From Candidatus Aenigmatarchaeota archaeon (GTDB taxonomy: Archaea > Aenigmatarchaeota > Aenigmatarchaeia > GW2011-AR5), in the NCBI GenBank assembly GCA_016187335.1, contig JACPJW010000001.1, positions 768,001-832,000 on the forward strand: a stretch of DNA of 64,000 bases, in the 5' to 3' direction. This document shows, piece after piece, positions 54,877 through 64,000 of this stretch. Each line of letters begins with the position of its first letter. Within the stretch, counting starts at the first letter, position 1. The translations under genes were made by a program, and so were the position numbers. The notes under the pieces were generated by a model. It was not told the DNA's origin. It was given only the letters and a program-made list of their open reading frames with translations, and did not search any database.

Positions 54877-55773
54877 CTAAAACGCCGGGAAACGCAGGGT
54901 ATACGCCTTGTTTTGCTGCAAGTAGCCGTTGAGTTCAGGCAGGTGCGCCCTGAAATGCGCGATATCATGGTCAGTGACGGGCACGACTTGGGTTCTCACG
55001 TATTGCCTGAAACCGTCTGAGGTCCCGATCCTGTCGGCGTATTTCTTGGCAAGCCAGTTTCCTGTCGCAAGAAACAGGAAATAAAATATGTCTTCTATCA
55101 CTTTTGCGGGATGTTTTTTGTTAACGAAGGCCACTAACCTGCCCTCCAGCGGGTCGTGCGCCAGCATTACCGGCTGTTTCCTTTTTTCTGACCTGTAGAA
55201 ATTCACTAATAACTCGTAATTCCCGCGCGCCTGCTGCTCGACGCCGATTCTTATCTTTTCAATCCAATCCTTGACGTCTTCCGGCCAGCGTTCGGAGTCC
55301 TTGTCATATTCTTCGGCTTCCTCGTGTTTTCCAAAGGACCTCAGCACATGCAGCTGGCAGTAATGGTCAACGGCTTCGACTTTCCCGCGTGGTATTATGC
55401 AGTCTTTCGCTGCGATATGAGGGAAAATGAGCGTCCGAAACCCCCTGTCGTGCCTGAGCCGGCTTCTGTATATCCATTCCGGATCAAAAACCACTTCTTC
55501 TCCCATGTTATCGCCGCCAGCGATTCGAAAGTATAAATGGCCTGACTCCGCCGCCAAGTGCTGCAAGATTTCCGTCTCGGAGAGGTCTCTTGATTTTTCA
55601 TAGACTATGATAATCGTGCCAGCAACGGTTTGGGAAAGAGGCTGAAGTCCGTGCTCCTTCGCCTCTTCGCGGCTAAACATTTCCACAGGGGGCCTTATCG
55701 CGCTTAGGTCGAACAGTTCTGCCAGCAGTCCGGAAACCTCGTCCCGCATTTTTTCAACATATTGTCTTTCCAT
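54877..55773 (-). CDS. Hypothetical protein
   Basis: 298-aa ORF, no confident motif. Confidence 0.6.
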   Translation of the reverse strand: MERQYVEKMRDEVSGLLAELFDLSAIRPPVEMFSREEAKEHGLQPLSQTVAGTIIIVYEKSRDLSETEILQHLAAESGHLYFRIAGGDNMGEEVVFDPEWIYRSRLRHDRGFRTLIFPHIAAKDCIIPRGKVEAVDHYCQLHVLRSFGKHEEAEEYDKDSERWPEDVKDWIEKIRIGVEQQARGNYELLVNFYRSEKRKQPVMLAHDPLEGRLVAFVNKKHPAKVIEDIFYFLFLATGNWLAKKYADRIGTSDGFRQYVRTQVVPVTDHDIAHFRAHLPELNGYLQQNKAYTLRFPAF

Positions 55774-55806
55774 AGATGCCCAATAGGAACGGGAAAATTT
55801 AAGAAA

Positions 55807-57015
55807 TCATTTCTCCGCCCGTTTTCCGGGATTCGCTTTCCTGCTAAGCAGCGCCGTGGCGACTGAAGTGTAGAGCACCGTAGCCAGAATGACAACGAAG
55901 ATGGCGTTGGCGTAGAAGTCGGCGTTGGGCAGCCCGTAAGCCTTCGGCAGCTGCGCCAGCACGGCAGCGGCAAGCCCCCGCGGCACCATGACGCGCATGA
56001 TGTTCTTCTCGTAGCTGCTCAGTGCCATGCCGAATGACGATACCTCCACCAGGATGAGGCGCACCATTATTAATATAAGGGCTATCGCAACGCCGTAAAT
56101 GGCGATGCTCTCGTTGTAGTAGAATATCAGCCCCATGTAGACAAAGAAGAACGAGCGGATGAAGAAGGATATCTCGGCCTGGAAGTGCTTCATGAGGTTC
56201 GGGGTGCCGAGCCTCTTCTCAAATTTGAGCATCCTTGAGAACGCCGTGCCGTTTCCGAGCACGAGGCCGAAGAACAAGGCGGCTATGGCTCCCGAGCCGC
56301 TGACGGATTCAACGAAAGCGTACAGCAGGAACAAAACAGCCAGCGTCAGCATGTAGTCAAACGGCTTTCCCTTCAGCTTGTTCAGGGCGAAAAGCCACGC
56401 AATGCCGGCAAACAGGCCGATGACGGCGCCTATGGAAAATGCTGACAGGACGCCGCTCAGCGCGGAATACTGGCTGTTCGACTGTATCATTATGTTTATT
56501 ATGGCTATGGAAACGACAACGACCAGGGGGTCGGTGAATATTGATTCAAGGTTGATGACTGTCCTCACGTTCCTGCTGATTTTCATCCTGCCTGCCAGCG
56601 ATACGACTATGGGCGAGGACGTGCCGCCGACCATCACGCCGAGGAGCAGCGAAGGCAGCAGAGGCCATCCCAGGTAGAAATAAAGGAACGCCCCGACAGC
56701 AACGGCTTCTATTGCTACTCCTAAGACCGCAAGGATGATGCTTCGCGAAAATCCGCGGACCATCTCGTAGAAGTCCATGTTCAGGCCCGCGTCAAAAAGG
56801 ATTATGAGCAATGCAAGCGCGGCGAGGAACGGCGTTATGAAAAGGAAGATTGAGCGGTCGACAAGGTTGAACACGGGCCCGACGAGGATGCCGAAAAGCA
56901 CGAGCCATACTATGTCCGGCACGCGCGTCTTGTGGAATATCAGGGAGCCGATGTAGCCGATGACGATGGTGATGCCGAAAAGGGCGAGCAGCGAGAAGGC
57001 GCTTATTTCGGGCAT
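55807..57015 (-). CDS. Cation:proton antiporter (CPA1/NhaP-like)
   Basis: VPDIVWL, LFDAGL, GGTSSP, ESIFTDP, FFIRSFFFV, PRGLAAAVLA. Confidence 0.9.
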   Translation of the reverse strand: MPEISAFSLLALFGITIVIGYIGSLIFHKTRVPDIVWLVLFGILVGPVFNLVDRSIFLFITPFLAALALLIILFDAGLNMDFYEMVRGFSRSIILAVLGVAIEAVAVGAFLYFYLGWPLLPSLLLGVMVGGTSSPIVVSLAGRMKISRNVRTVINLESIFTDPLVVVVSIAIINIMIQSNSQYSALSGVLSAFSIGAVIGLFAGIAWLFALNKLKGKPFDYMLTLAVLFLLYAFVESVSGSGAIAALFFGLVLGNGTAFSRMLKFEKRLGTPNLMKHFQAEISFFIRSFFFVYMGLIFYYNESIAIYGVAIALILIMVRLILVEVSSFGMALSSYEKNIMRVMVPRGLAAAVLAQLPKAYGLPNADFYANAIFVVILATVLYTSVATALLSRKANPGKRAEK

Positions 57016-57068
57016 GAATAACTTTGTTCCGGCGGCTTATAAAATTAATCTGCGGTTTTGTTTCTTCC

Positions 57069-57386
57069 CTATTGCCGCGTGCCTTGCTCTTTGCCGTCAG
57101 CTTCTCTCTGATTTCTGAGATTCTGGAAATCTTTTCTCGAGCTGTAATACCTTATCATTCTTACGTTCGGGTCCTCCCTGCCTGCATAACCTGCAAGGAG
57201 TTCATCCAGCTTAAAGCCGGTAGCCAGCGAAACCTCTTCTATGCTTAGGGTATACCATTTTTTCTGGCCTGAAAGCTGTACGAATTCCCTTTGCCCGTCT
57301 ATCGAGTATCTCAGCCTCACGCGGACGGCGTAGTATTTCCTCTCGCCGCCGCCGGCATCAGCAGGCCTTTCCTTGGATGCGGTCAT
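57069..57386 (-). CDS. Hypothetical protein
   Basis: 105-aa ORF, no motif. Confidence 0.5.
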   Translation of the reverse strand: MTASKERPADAGGGERKYYAVRVRLRYSIDGQREFVQLSGQKKWYTLSIEEVSLATGFKLDELLAGYAGREDPNVRMIRYYSSRKDFQNLRNQREADGKEQGTRQ

Positions 57387-57425
57387 ATATACCTTATAGG
57401 GATAAGGCAGAATAAGATTAAAGCC

Positions 57426-57812
57426 TTAGAGAAATGCGTCAGTCTCCGGACTTTGCCGTGGTTTTTGTCCGCTAATGCTTTGCAGCCGCAGAATCTGTGA
57501 GGCGTAAGCCGACGGGTTTATAGATAAAATAAACACTGCCTGGCGTGTACTATTCGGCTCGCCTTCGCAAAAGAATTCCCCTCTTAAATGATTGCCTTCC
57601 CTTCTCAGGGTTAATGAATAAGGTTCTTTTCTTGTTTTGATTTCCGCCATTCTCGGGTCTTCAAAAAGCCCGACATATCTTTCTAAATCCCTGCTTTCCC
57701 ACAAGGATTCCAATGCCCGGTATGCTTCGGAGCTTACTAGGGTAACATTAAACCATGCGTCAAACACGCCCGGAATTTTCCCGACTATGTGTTCAGAAAA
57801 TGCGTACACCAT
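57426..57812 (-). CDS. Hypothetical protein
   Basis: 128-aa ORF, no motif. Confidence 0.5.
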   Translation of the reverse strand: MVYAFSEHIVGKIPGVFDAWFNVTLVSSEAYRALESLWESRDLERYVGLFEDPRMAEIKTRKEPYSLTLRREGNHLRGEFFCEGEPNSTRQAVFILSINPSAYASQILRLQSISGQKPRQSPETDAFL

Positions 57813-57886
57813 GACTTAACAGAAAGCCACAATCCTTTTAAGCTTTTTATTTTTCACTACTTTGAGGTTATTGCATAAAAAGCCGT

Positions 57887-58573
57887 TCACATCCACTCCC
57901 TGCTCCGCGGCGTCTCTTCGTAGCAGCGCTCCCTATATTCACACAATCTGCACATCCACAGCGTCTTGCGGTCGCCGCGCGCTTCCGGTTCGGGCGTGCC
58001 CCCTTCCTTTATGCTTTTATGCAGGGCGCGGAATCTTTCTAGAATCTGCTTCGCCTTTTCTTCGTCATAAGCAATGGGAAAGACCTTGCTCTTCAGGTTC
58101 CTCTTGTCCAGATAAAGCAGTATTCCGTCGTGTATGCCCAGGACGTGCATGTACAATTGCAGCTGCACGACGTTGTGCGGCGCGGCTTCCTCAATGAAGT
58201 CTATATTGCCTGTTGATTTCACTTCCACAAGCACGTTTTTGCCGCTGATTTTTACCAGAATCAAATTGTCAATCCTTCCGGAAATGACGAAGTCATCCAC
58301 CTCGTGCTTGAACGGGAACTCGCTCTTGAGCAGCTCAACGTCCGGATTCTTCTCGCTTCTGAGCACCTCAACGACGAAGTCGTGCAGGATGTTGCCGACT
58401 TCAAAGATCTTGAGCAGCTCCGGCTGGATTTCCTGCGGGTGCATGTAGGAATAGTAAACCTTCCGGAGGCACATGCCTATCTCCGAGGGATAATACCTGC
58501 CCACGCCTTTGGGATAGTTCTCCCGCTTCAGGTGGTTGTCAATCATCTTGTTGAAATCTATCATTGACATCAC
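57887..58573 (-). CDS. cas4: Solo Cas4-like PD-(D/E)XK nuclease with 4Fe-4S cluster
   Basis: YPSEIGMC (Cys1), GNILH, SGRID, VEVKS, QLQLY, CRLCEYRERC (Cys2-4); no array or other cas genes in window. Confidence 0.85.
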   Translation of the reverse strand: MMSMIDFNKMIDNHLKRENYPKGVGRYYPSEIGMCLRKVYYSYMHPQEIQPELLKIFEVGNILHDFVVEVLRSEKNPDVELLKSEFPFKHEVDDFVISGRIDNLILVKISGKNVLVEVKSTGNIDFIEEAAPHNVVQLQLYMHVLGIHDGILLYLDKRNLKSKVFPIAYDEEKAKQILERFRALHKSIKEGGTPEPEARGDRKTLWMCRLCEYRERCYEETPRSREWM

Positions 58574-58622
58574 ATGGTCTTATAGTGAAACCAGAAAATA
58601 AACACCAATACACGCAAAGAAA

Positions 58623-59408
58623 TTAATAAACTCCTTCCCTTATCTTCTGCAAATCAAGCAGGTCGTCCTCGTCAAACTCAGAGGGCGGCCCCAGCGCCAG
58701 AAGGTTCTTCAGTGAGATATCCTCGACAGCCCAGTACATGACGCTTTCGTCGTTCTTTGAATGCCCGCGATGCGCGGCGTCCTCGTGGTCGCGCTCGCTT
58801 TTGTAATTTATGTTTACAAGCCCCATCAGGTGCCCCAGCTCGTGGATCGTAACGGCTTTCTCAATCTGCGGATAAAGAACCAGCGCCGATGTGGCGTCCT
58901 GCATTCTTTCAGGGAACAGCGCGATAGTTGATGCTTTGTAGACAACGCCAAGCGCGCCGCTTTGCTCGAAATTACCGTTTACCGACAGGACGTAGACAAC
59001 AGCCGTGCTTCCGGAAGTGTAGTGGTTTCGGTTTTCCTTTTCTATGGCAAGCAGGTCGGAAACAGCATAAACATTTTTCGTTGCTTCAATGACGTTGCCG
59101 CCTGAAAACGTAACGGACTTGCCTGCATTTCTGCGGAAGAAATCCGCTATCTTGTTTTTCGTTGCCGCCGCCGGCTCGTGGCCGCTGGCGTAATCTATTT
59201 CCACGATTACTTCGCGGCCGGGCTGCAGGTATTCGTGGTTGAGCCCGCCGGCATCGCGGTCGTCCGGCTTTGGCTGTGAAAAGAAAGGCGGCTGTTCAGG
59301 CTGCCCGCCTTGCTCCGGCTGCGTCGCATTCATCCGGCCTGCTGGAATGGGAATCTGGACGCAACCGGCTATGAGCAGCACGGTTATTAAGAGAAACGCG
59401 CATCGCAT
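58623..59408 (-). CDS. Lipoprotein zinc metallopeptidase (matrixin/metzincin-like)
   Basis: Lipobox LIAGC; HELGHLMGL (HExxH), GHS and Met-turn SVMY. Confidence 0.82.
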   Translation of the reverse strand: MRCAFLLITVLLIAGCVQIPIPAGRMNATQPEQGGQPEQPPFFSQPKPDDRDAGGLNHEYLQPGREVIVEIDYASGHEPAAATKNKIADFFRRNAGKSVTFSGGNVIEATKNVYAVSDLLAIEKENRNHYTSGSTAVVYVLSVNGNFEQSGALGVVYKASTIALFPERMQDATSALVLYPQIEKAVTIHELGHLMGLVNINYKSERDHEDAAHRGHSKNDESVMYWAVEDISLKNLLALGPPSEFDEDDLLDLQKIREGVY

Positions 59409-59459
59409 GATTAATTTGTCGCGCTAAACTTTATTTCCTTATCTGACGTTAAATCACTC

Positions 59460-60596
59460 ATGACCGCCGAGATGCTTTTGTCCATAGGGATGCTCCTGCT
59501 TTTCGCGAAGATATTCGGCGAGCTTGCGGAGCGCTTCGGCGTGGCGTCGCTTGTCGGGGAAATTGCTGCGGGCATCTTCGTCGGGCCGCTCCTGGGCATC
59601 GCGCAACTCGGTCCATTTCTCAATGTGATAATGACCCTCGGGATCGTTTTTCTTCTTTTTTATTCCGGCCTTGAAGTCAAGCTGGAGGACATCCGCCCTG
59701 ATTTGTACACCGCGTCTACGCTGGCAACGCTGGGCGGCGCGGCTTCCGCTTTGCTTGCTTCCGCCGTGAGCTACTATTTTTTCCATGATGTTCTCACTTC
59801 AATAATCATAGGAATCGTGCTGATATCAACGAGCAACGGCACTGTGTTCCGGATTTTGGCAAAAACAGGCAATTTCAAGACGGCGATAGGGCGCTTGGTG
59901 ATAGCAACGACAATCGCCGATGACGTCGTGAGCATACTTGCGCTGTCCTTCTTCACCTCGCTTGTGCTGAAAAGCGGCGTTTACGTCAACGAGCTGTTCA
60001 CGCTGCTGCTTATCAGCCTTGGTTTCTATCTGTTCCTTCTGACAGCCGGCACAAGGGTGTTCAGCAGGTTTTTATCAGTCACAGGCCTGTTCCGCGACGA
60101 GCAGATATTCCTGGCAATGCCCGTTTCAATAGCGTTTCTGGCCAGCGTGTTCACGGAGAATCTGGGGCTCAGCTTTGCCACCGGAGCATTTTTGACGGGC
60201 ATGGCAATGAGCAAGTCAAGGTTCGCGGAAACCATCATAGTCCCGAAGATGGGCATTATAAGCAACGGCTTTCTGATTCCGCTCTTCTACGCTGCCGTGG
60301 GCACCCTGATTATTTTCAGCGGCATAAATTATTTCCTGGTCGTCATGCTGCTCGTCGCCGCGCTTCTCGGCAAGATGGTTCTTTTCGCGGCGGGCTATTT
60401 CATCGGGCTGACGACAAACGAGGCGAAGATGCTCGGCATAATAATGACCCCGCGGGGAGACAGCAACATAGTTTTCGCGCAGATAGCCCTGCTGCTCGGG
60501 ACGATATCCCTGCATCTTTACTCCTCGCTGATTTTTGTCATAATCGCGACAACGCTCATTGCGCCCGTCCTGCTCAGGGTTTTCGGGGTGAAGTAG
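59460..60596 (+). CDS. Cation:proton antiporter (CPA2/KefB-like)
   Basis: GEIAAGIFVGP, LFYSGLE, TIADDV, GAFLTG, FLIPLFY, PRGD. Confidence 0.88.
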   Translation: MTAEMLLSIGMLLLFAKIFGELAERFGVASLVGEIAAGIFVGPLLGIAQLGPFLNVIMTLGIVFLLFYSGLEVKLEDIRPDLYTASTLATLGGAASALLASAVSYYFFHDVLTSIIIGIVLISTSNGTVFRILAKTGNFKTAIGRLVIATTIADDVVSILALSFFTSLVLKSGVYVNELFTLLLISLGFYLFLLTAGTRVFSRFLSVTGLFRDEQIFLAMPVSIAFLASVFTENLGLSFATGAFLTGMAMSKSRFAETIIVPKMGIISNGFLIPLFYAAVGTLIIFSGINYFLVVMLLVAALLGKMVLFAAGYFIGLTTNEAKMLGIIMTPRGDSNIVFAQIALLLGTISLHLYSSLIFVIIATTLIAPVLLRVFGVK

Positions 60597-60605
60597 AAGA
60601 AGAAA

Positions 60606-61727
60606 TTATTGTATGTCCAACAAGACAGGTATTCTCTGGGCAACTAGAATCGGGTTGTATTTATAACCATATTCAGACATTTCTACAGCATGACCGTTCA
60701 CATTTTCCATTAGGACCATGTAACCATTCTCAGCAAAATTTCTTACAACATCATCCCTTTGAGCACCTAAAGATCTTTTCACGTAAGAGTAAAAACCGTA
60801 GTAATCATCAAGAGCGGCAAGAAGCAATGCCGATTCCCTGAAACTTTCTGGCAAGTCCCCGATGTCTATAAAACTTGTTCCGCTTGGATTAAACATAGTA
60901 AGTAAATCGAAATTTCTTACACCCGCTTCTTCAAGATATCTTGGTGATTCATCCAGACAAGAGGGTATATGAACAAAATCAACTTCAAGTCCAGAGATAT
61001 TTTCTTTTGCGTCCCTTTCATGAAATTTCAAATATTCTTCTGCAACATCAGGGTCTATTCCTACAATTCTCACGTTTTTTCCATGTCTCAAAAAATAATG
61101 TGCCATCATTGCGCCGTATGGCATAGACCCGCATCCGACATCGCCGATTACTAGTCTGTCTTTTCCAAATAATCTCCTGTGCTCTACAGGATGATTACGC
61201 GCTAATTGATTGAAAACCCCGTCGAGAATGGCAACAAAAGCTATGTCTGATATTCTACAGCTATCTCCGTCAAGATTATATTTTCTCATTGCTGTTTCCA
61301 AATCAGTCAATACAGCACCTTCATATCTTACTGCTCTAACCACAGAACCTTGTGTGATTTCTTCTGGAGATGAAGTTAGAGGGTGGTCAACAAAATATCT
61401 TCCACCAGGATTAAGAGCGATGCCTATTGGTTTATCATCAATGAGAATCTTGCCAAAACTTAAGCTGCCATATTCTGGAAACTGCAGACTGAGAAGGGTT
61501 CTGAAAGGGTCTGGATCTCTCGCGTCCGCCATTTGTAGTAATGTATGATTATCTTCGTTTCTATATGCCTGTAGAAATCTTTCATTTTCTTCTCCGAGAG
61601 CGCGGCCGCCGATACCATCAACCCTAGGCCGATACCCTAATCTTTTCGCTAAATTTAAGTAAAAATCGGTAAAGCTTCTTTCAGGAAAAATGGCAAGCGG
61701 GCTGTAACCTGCTTGGATATGAGGCAT
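60606..61727 (-). CDS. Hypothetical protein with C-terminal class I SAM-methyltransferase-like domain
   Basis: IGDVGCGSM (motif I), IVGIDPD (motif II), FDLLTMFNP (motif IV-like). Confidence 0.65.
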   Translation of the reverse strand: MPHIQAGYSPLAIFPERSFTDFYLNLAKRLGYRPRVDGIGGRALGEENERFLQAYRNEDNHTLLQMADARDPDPFRTLLSLQFPEYGSLSFGKILIDDKPIGIALNPGGRYFVDHPLTSSPEEITQGSVVRAVRYEGAVLTDLETAMRKYNLDGDSCRISDIAFVAILDGVFNQLARNHPVEHRRLFGKDRLVIGDVGCGSMPYGAMMAHYFLRHGKNVRIVGIDPDVAEEYLKFHERDAKENISGLEVDFVHIPSCLDESPRYLEEAGVRNFDLLTMFNPSGTSFIDIGDLPESFRESALLLAALDDYYGFYSYVKRSLGAQRDDVVRNFAENGYMVLMENVNGHAVEMSEYGYKYNPILVAQRIPVLLDIQ

Positions 61728-61830
61728 AACATTTCTAGGAGCAGAAACTATTTAAACTTGTTACTTTTCAATAGTAAAAAACAATATTCATAATACGCGT
61801 ATTTTAATAAACAGTGTCCTAAAATTCTGT

Positions 61831-62445
61831 ATGAAATCCACTTTGATTCTTATTGCCGCATGCATTTTCGCCTTCGTTTTGCAGACAGCAGTTCAAGGAT
61901 TCACCGATGCCTTCATTCTTGACAGCGCCGCGGTGTGGTCAAGGCCGTGGACGCTCCTGACGGCTGTATTCCTTCATGCCGACCTGTTGCATCTGGGCTA
62001 CAACATGATTGCGCTGTTCTTTTTCGGAGCAATCCTGGAAAGCATAGTGGGCGCGAGGATATTCCTGCTGCTGTTCTTTATTGCTGGCTTGGACGCTTCG
62101 TTTGCTTCTCTGTTCTTTTACGAGCAGTCCCTGGGCGCGAGCGGCGCTGTTTACGGCCTGATCGGGGCATTGGCCGTACTGCGCCCGAAACTGACTGCTT
62201 TTGCTCTGGGCGTGCCGATGCCCATGATTGTGGTTGCCGGGGTATACCTTATTCTGGATATCCTCGGGGTGTTCTATCCGACAAACATTGCCAACGCCGC
62301 GCATATTGCCGGCTTGTTTGTCGGTGCGCTGGCAGGTCTGCTGTTGCGCAGGAAGTTCCCCGAGCCGAAAAGAAGGAAAAGCGAAAAAGCGTTATCGGAT
62401 AAAGAAATCCAGGAATGGGAGAAGGAATGGATGAAAAACGCTTAA
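61831..62445 (+). CDS. Second rhomboid protease
   Basis: PWTLLTAVFLHA...HLGYNM, GASGAVYG, AHIAG. Confidence 0.93.
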   Translation: MKSTLILIAACIFAFVLQTAVQGFTDAFILDSAAVWSRPWTLLTAVFLHADLLHLGYNMIALFFFGAILESIVGARIFLLLFFIAGLDASFASLFFYEQSLGASGAVYGLIGALAVLRPKLTAFALGVPMPMIVVAGVYLILDILGVFYPTNIANAAHIAGLFVGALAGLLLRRKFPEPKRRKSEKALSDKEIQEWEKEWMKNA

Positions 62446-62679
62446 ATAAATCAAAGCTTTGATAGACAGCTAAGTGGTGCAATGACTGTAGCGGCGTTTG
62501 TCCCGGTAAGAAATTTCGACGAAGTCAGAGGAAAGGTTGACAGGACTGCTGTTGAATTTGGCTATACAATGTTTTGGCAGCTCGTCAGAAGGCTCGAAAG
62601 CATAAGAATATGATTATCAAATAGTAGTTAAAAAGGAAAGGCTTAAATAAACAGCGGAGAAACAAAAAAGGATGATAAA

Positions 62680-63294
62680 ATGGTAGAGATTCAAAAAACT
62701 ATGCAGGATCACAGGGACTTTGCCCTCTTTCTGCGGGCTAACAGAAGAGAAATATACGGGGAGCTAAAAAGAAGATATGGAACCGAAAGTACTGCGTATT
62801 TTACTGAAATCGGTGAAATTGTAGCAGGCATGTATCCTCGTGATACGGCTGTAATTAATTTCGTTGGAAATAATCATGGAGATGATGTGGCTGTTTTCTG
62901 TGCACAGCATCTGGCAGAGTCTTTGGGTGTTCTTGAAATAGTGGATGGCAATCGCAATGGTTTTTCGTATCGTGTCAGAGCACAACTGCCAGAAAGATAT
63001 GTGCCTTTGACCCTAGAAGTTCATTATAGACCAGGAGCAATGATATTGTCGGATACAAACCTACCTGAACTGGTAAAGAGTCTGATAGCTGCTAAAGAAT
63101 TGGACAGATTAGAAGGAGTAAGAGACGCCCTTGCATTCACCGAACATAGAATCAGCAGCATAGATAATAATCCTGAAGGGTCTGGGATAATTTACTATCG
63201 TTTCGAGCCAGGCGATGAAGAACTCGCATGGATGACATTTAACGTTGCAAGAAGCATCACTCCGTCGTGGCTTCATCCATACGACAGGTTCTAA
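62680..63294 (+). CDS. Hypothetical protein
   Basis: 204-aa ORF with AT-rich codons, no motif. Confidence 0.6.
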   Translation: MVEIQKTMQDHRDFALFLRANRREIYGELKRRYGTESTAYFTEIGEIVAGMYPRDTAVINFVGNNHGDDVAVFCAQHLAESLGVLEIVDGNRNGFSYRVRAQLPERYVPLTLEVHYRPGAMILSDTNLPELVKSLIAAKELDRLEGVRDALAFTEHRISSIDNNPEGSGIIYYRFEPGDEELAWMTFNVARSITPSWLHPYDRF

Positions 63295-63469
63295 ACAAAA
63301 GCAAGGCCTTAATTCGTCCGCTTTATTTGAATTGAAACCCCTGTGATGTATCTTCCTCACAAAACTAGAACAGAATTTTTTCAGATGCTTAGCAAAAGAT
63401 TAAGAGGTATAAAAGAACCGGAAAATCCACAGAAACAAATGGTAATTATTCTTTAGGGATTTTGTGAAT

Positions 63470-64000
63470 TTATTTCACAACGATCTCGCCCGTGGCTTTC
63501 TTCACGCCTGATGCGGGCCAGTAGCTTGTGTAAGAAAAAGATTCGTCCGCCGTGAACTCAACGGTCTTGTTGTTTCCCGGCAGGACCGCTCCTGTTGTGA
63601 ATTTGTCGTTGCCGCTGCGGAAATCAAGTCCGCCGTAGTAGACATTGTTTTCGCTGACCCTGAACATTATCTTCACCAAAGAACCCTTCAGCACCTCGAT
63701 CTTCTTCGGCGTCAGTGAGAAGTCATCGCCCTCTACAGTGAAGGACGCGTTTGCGCTTGAATTTGCCTGCTGGCTCTGGCCTGCCCTTACTTCTGCTCTC
63801 TTCTGCCCGGTCCAGTAGTTCTTGCCGTTAATCAGGGCATGAGCGCGCAAATAAATAATGCCTTCCCTTGGAGGCGTGATTGATGAAGTGAACGTGTTGG
63901 GAACCCTGAAAGAGCCCTTCGCGTATTCCTGCGTTAACGAGACATAGCCGGATTCGGCAGCGCTGACGTCGGTTCCGAAAACTCCGGGGTGCGACGCGTA
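63470..64000 (-). CDS. Surface protein with C-terminal cupredoxin-like domain (5' end beyond window)
   Basis: Frame is open to the window edge (YASHPGVFG...IYLRAHALINGKNYWT); cupredoxin-like FSLTPKKIEVxKG...VEFTA...YTSYWP...GEIVVK. Confidence 0.7.
   Translation of the reverse strand, partial: YASHPGVFGTDVSAAESGYVSLTQEYAKGSFRVPNTFTSSITPPREGIIYLRAHALINGKNYWTGQKRAEVRAGQSQQANSSANASFTVEGDDFSLTPKKIEVLKGSLVKIMFRVSENNVYYGGLDFRSGNDKFTTGAVLPGNNKTVEFTADESFSYTSYWPASGVKKATGEIVVK

Overview
Archaeal genomic DNA. This is inferred from a single PCNA, an RPA3-like OB-fold gene, a histone-fold gene, an Nre repair protein, SepF, GGTGA/GGAGG Shine-Dalgarno motifs and TATA-like promoters. Gene content suggests a DPANN lineage (inference, not tested). 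The backbone encodes DNA repair and replication proteins: a LigD phosphoesterase, two endonuclease III, Nre, RNase HIII, Mre11-Rad50, RPA3, PCNA and a solo Cas4. It also encodes central metabolism (Ald, KorAB, PyrG), tRNA modification (ThiI, THUMP), transporters (MFS, MscS, two CPA antiporters) and a partial de novo purine cluster (purQ-purL-purN / purD). Many orphan ORFs are interspersed singly among these genes. I found no rRNA, tRNA or CRISPR array. The most notable signals are missed by the >=60-aa ORF track or are non-coding. (1) A microprotein cluster contains a Bd0055/FtF-type histone facing a truncated SWIB-like gene, next to sepF. (2) A 33-aa poly-acidic peptide and a ~33-36-aa poly-basic peptide both carry strong SD sites. 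(3) A dispersed, modular family of REP/BIME-like palindromes includes an inverted pair of IS200/IS605-type hairpin elements bracketing a ~3.1-kb vapBC-containing segment, and a tnpA remnant lies elsewhere in the window. (4) An apparently intact GGDEF (diguanylate cyclase-type) protein is preceded by a large nested hairpin element. (5) A DUF4258-like toxin is broken by one in-frame TAA. (6) A 1207-aa cysteine-rich secreted protein carries a duplicated unassigned domain. All family assignments come from motif recognition by eye; no database searches were run.
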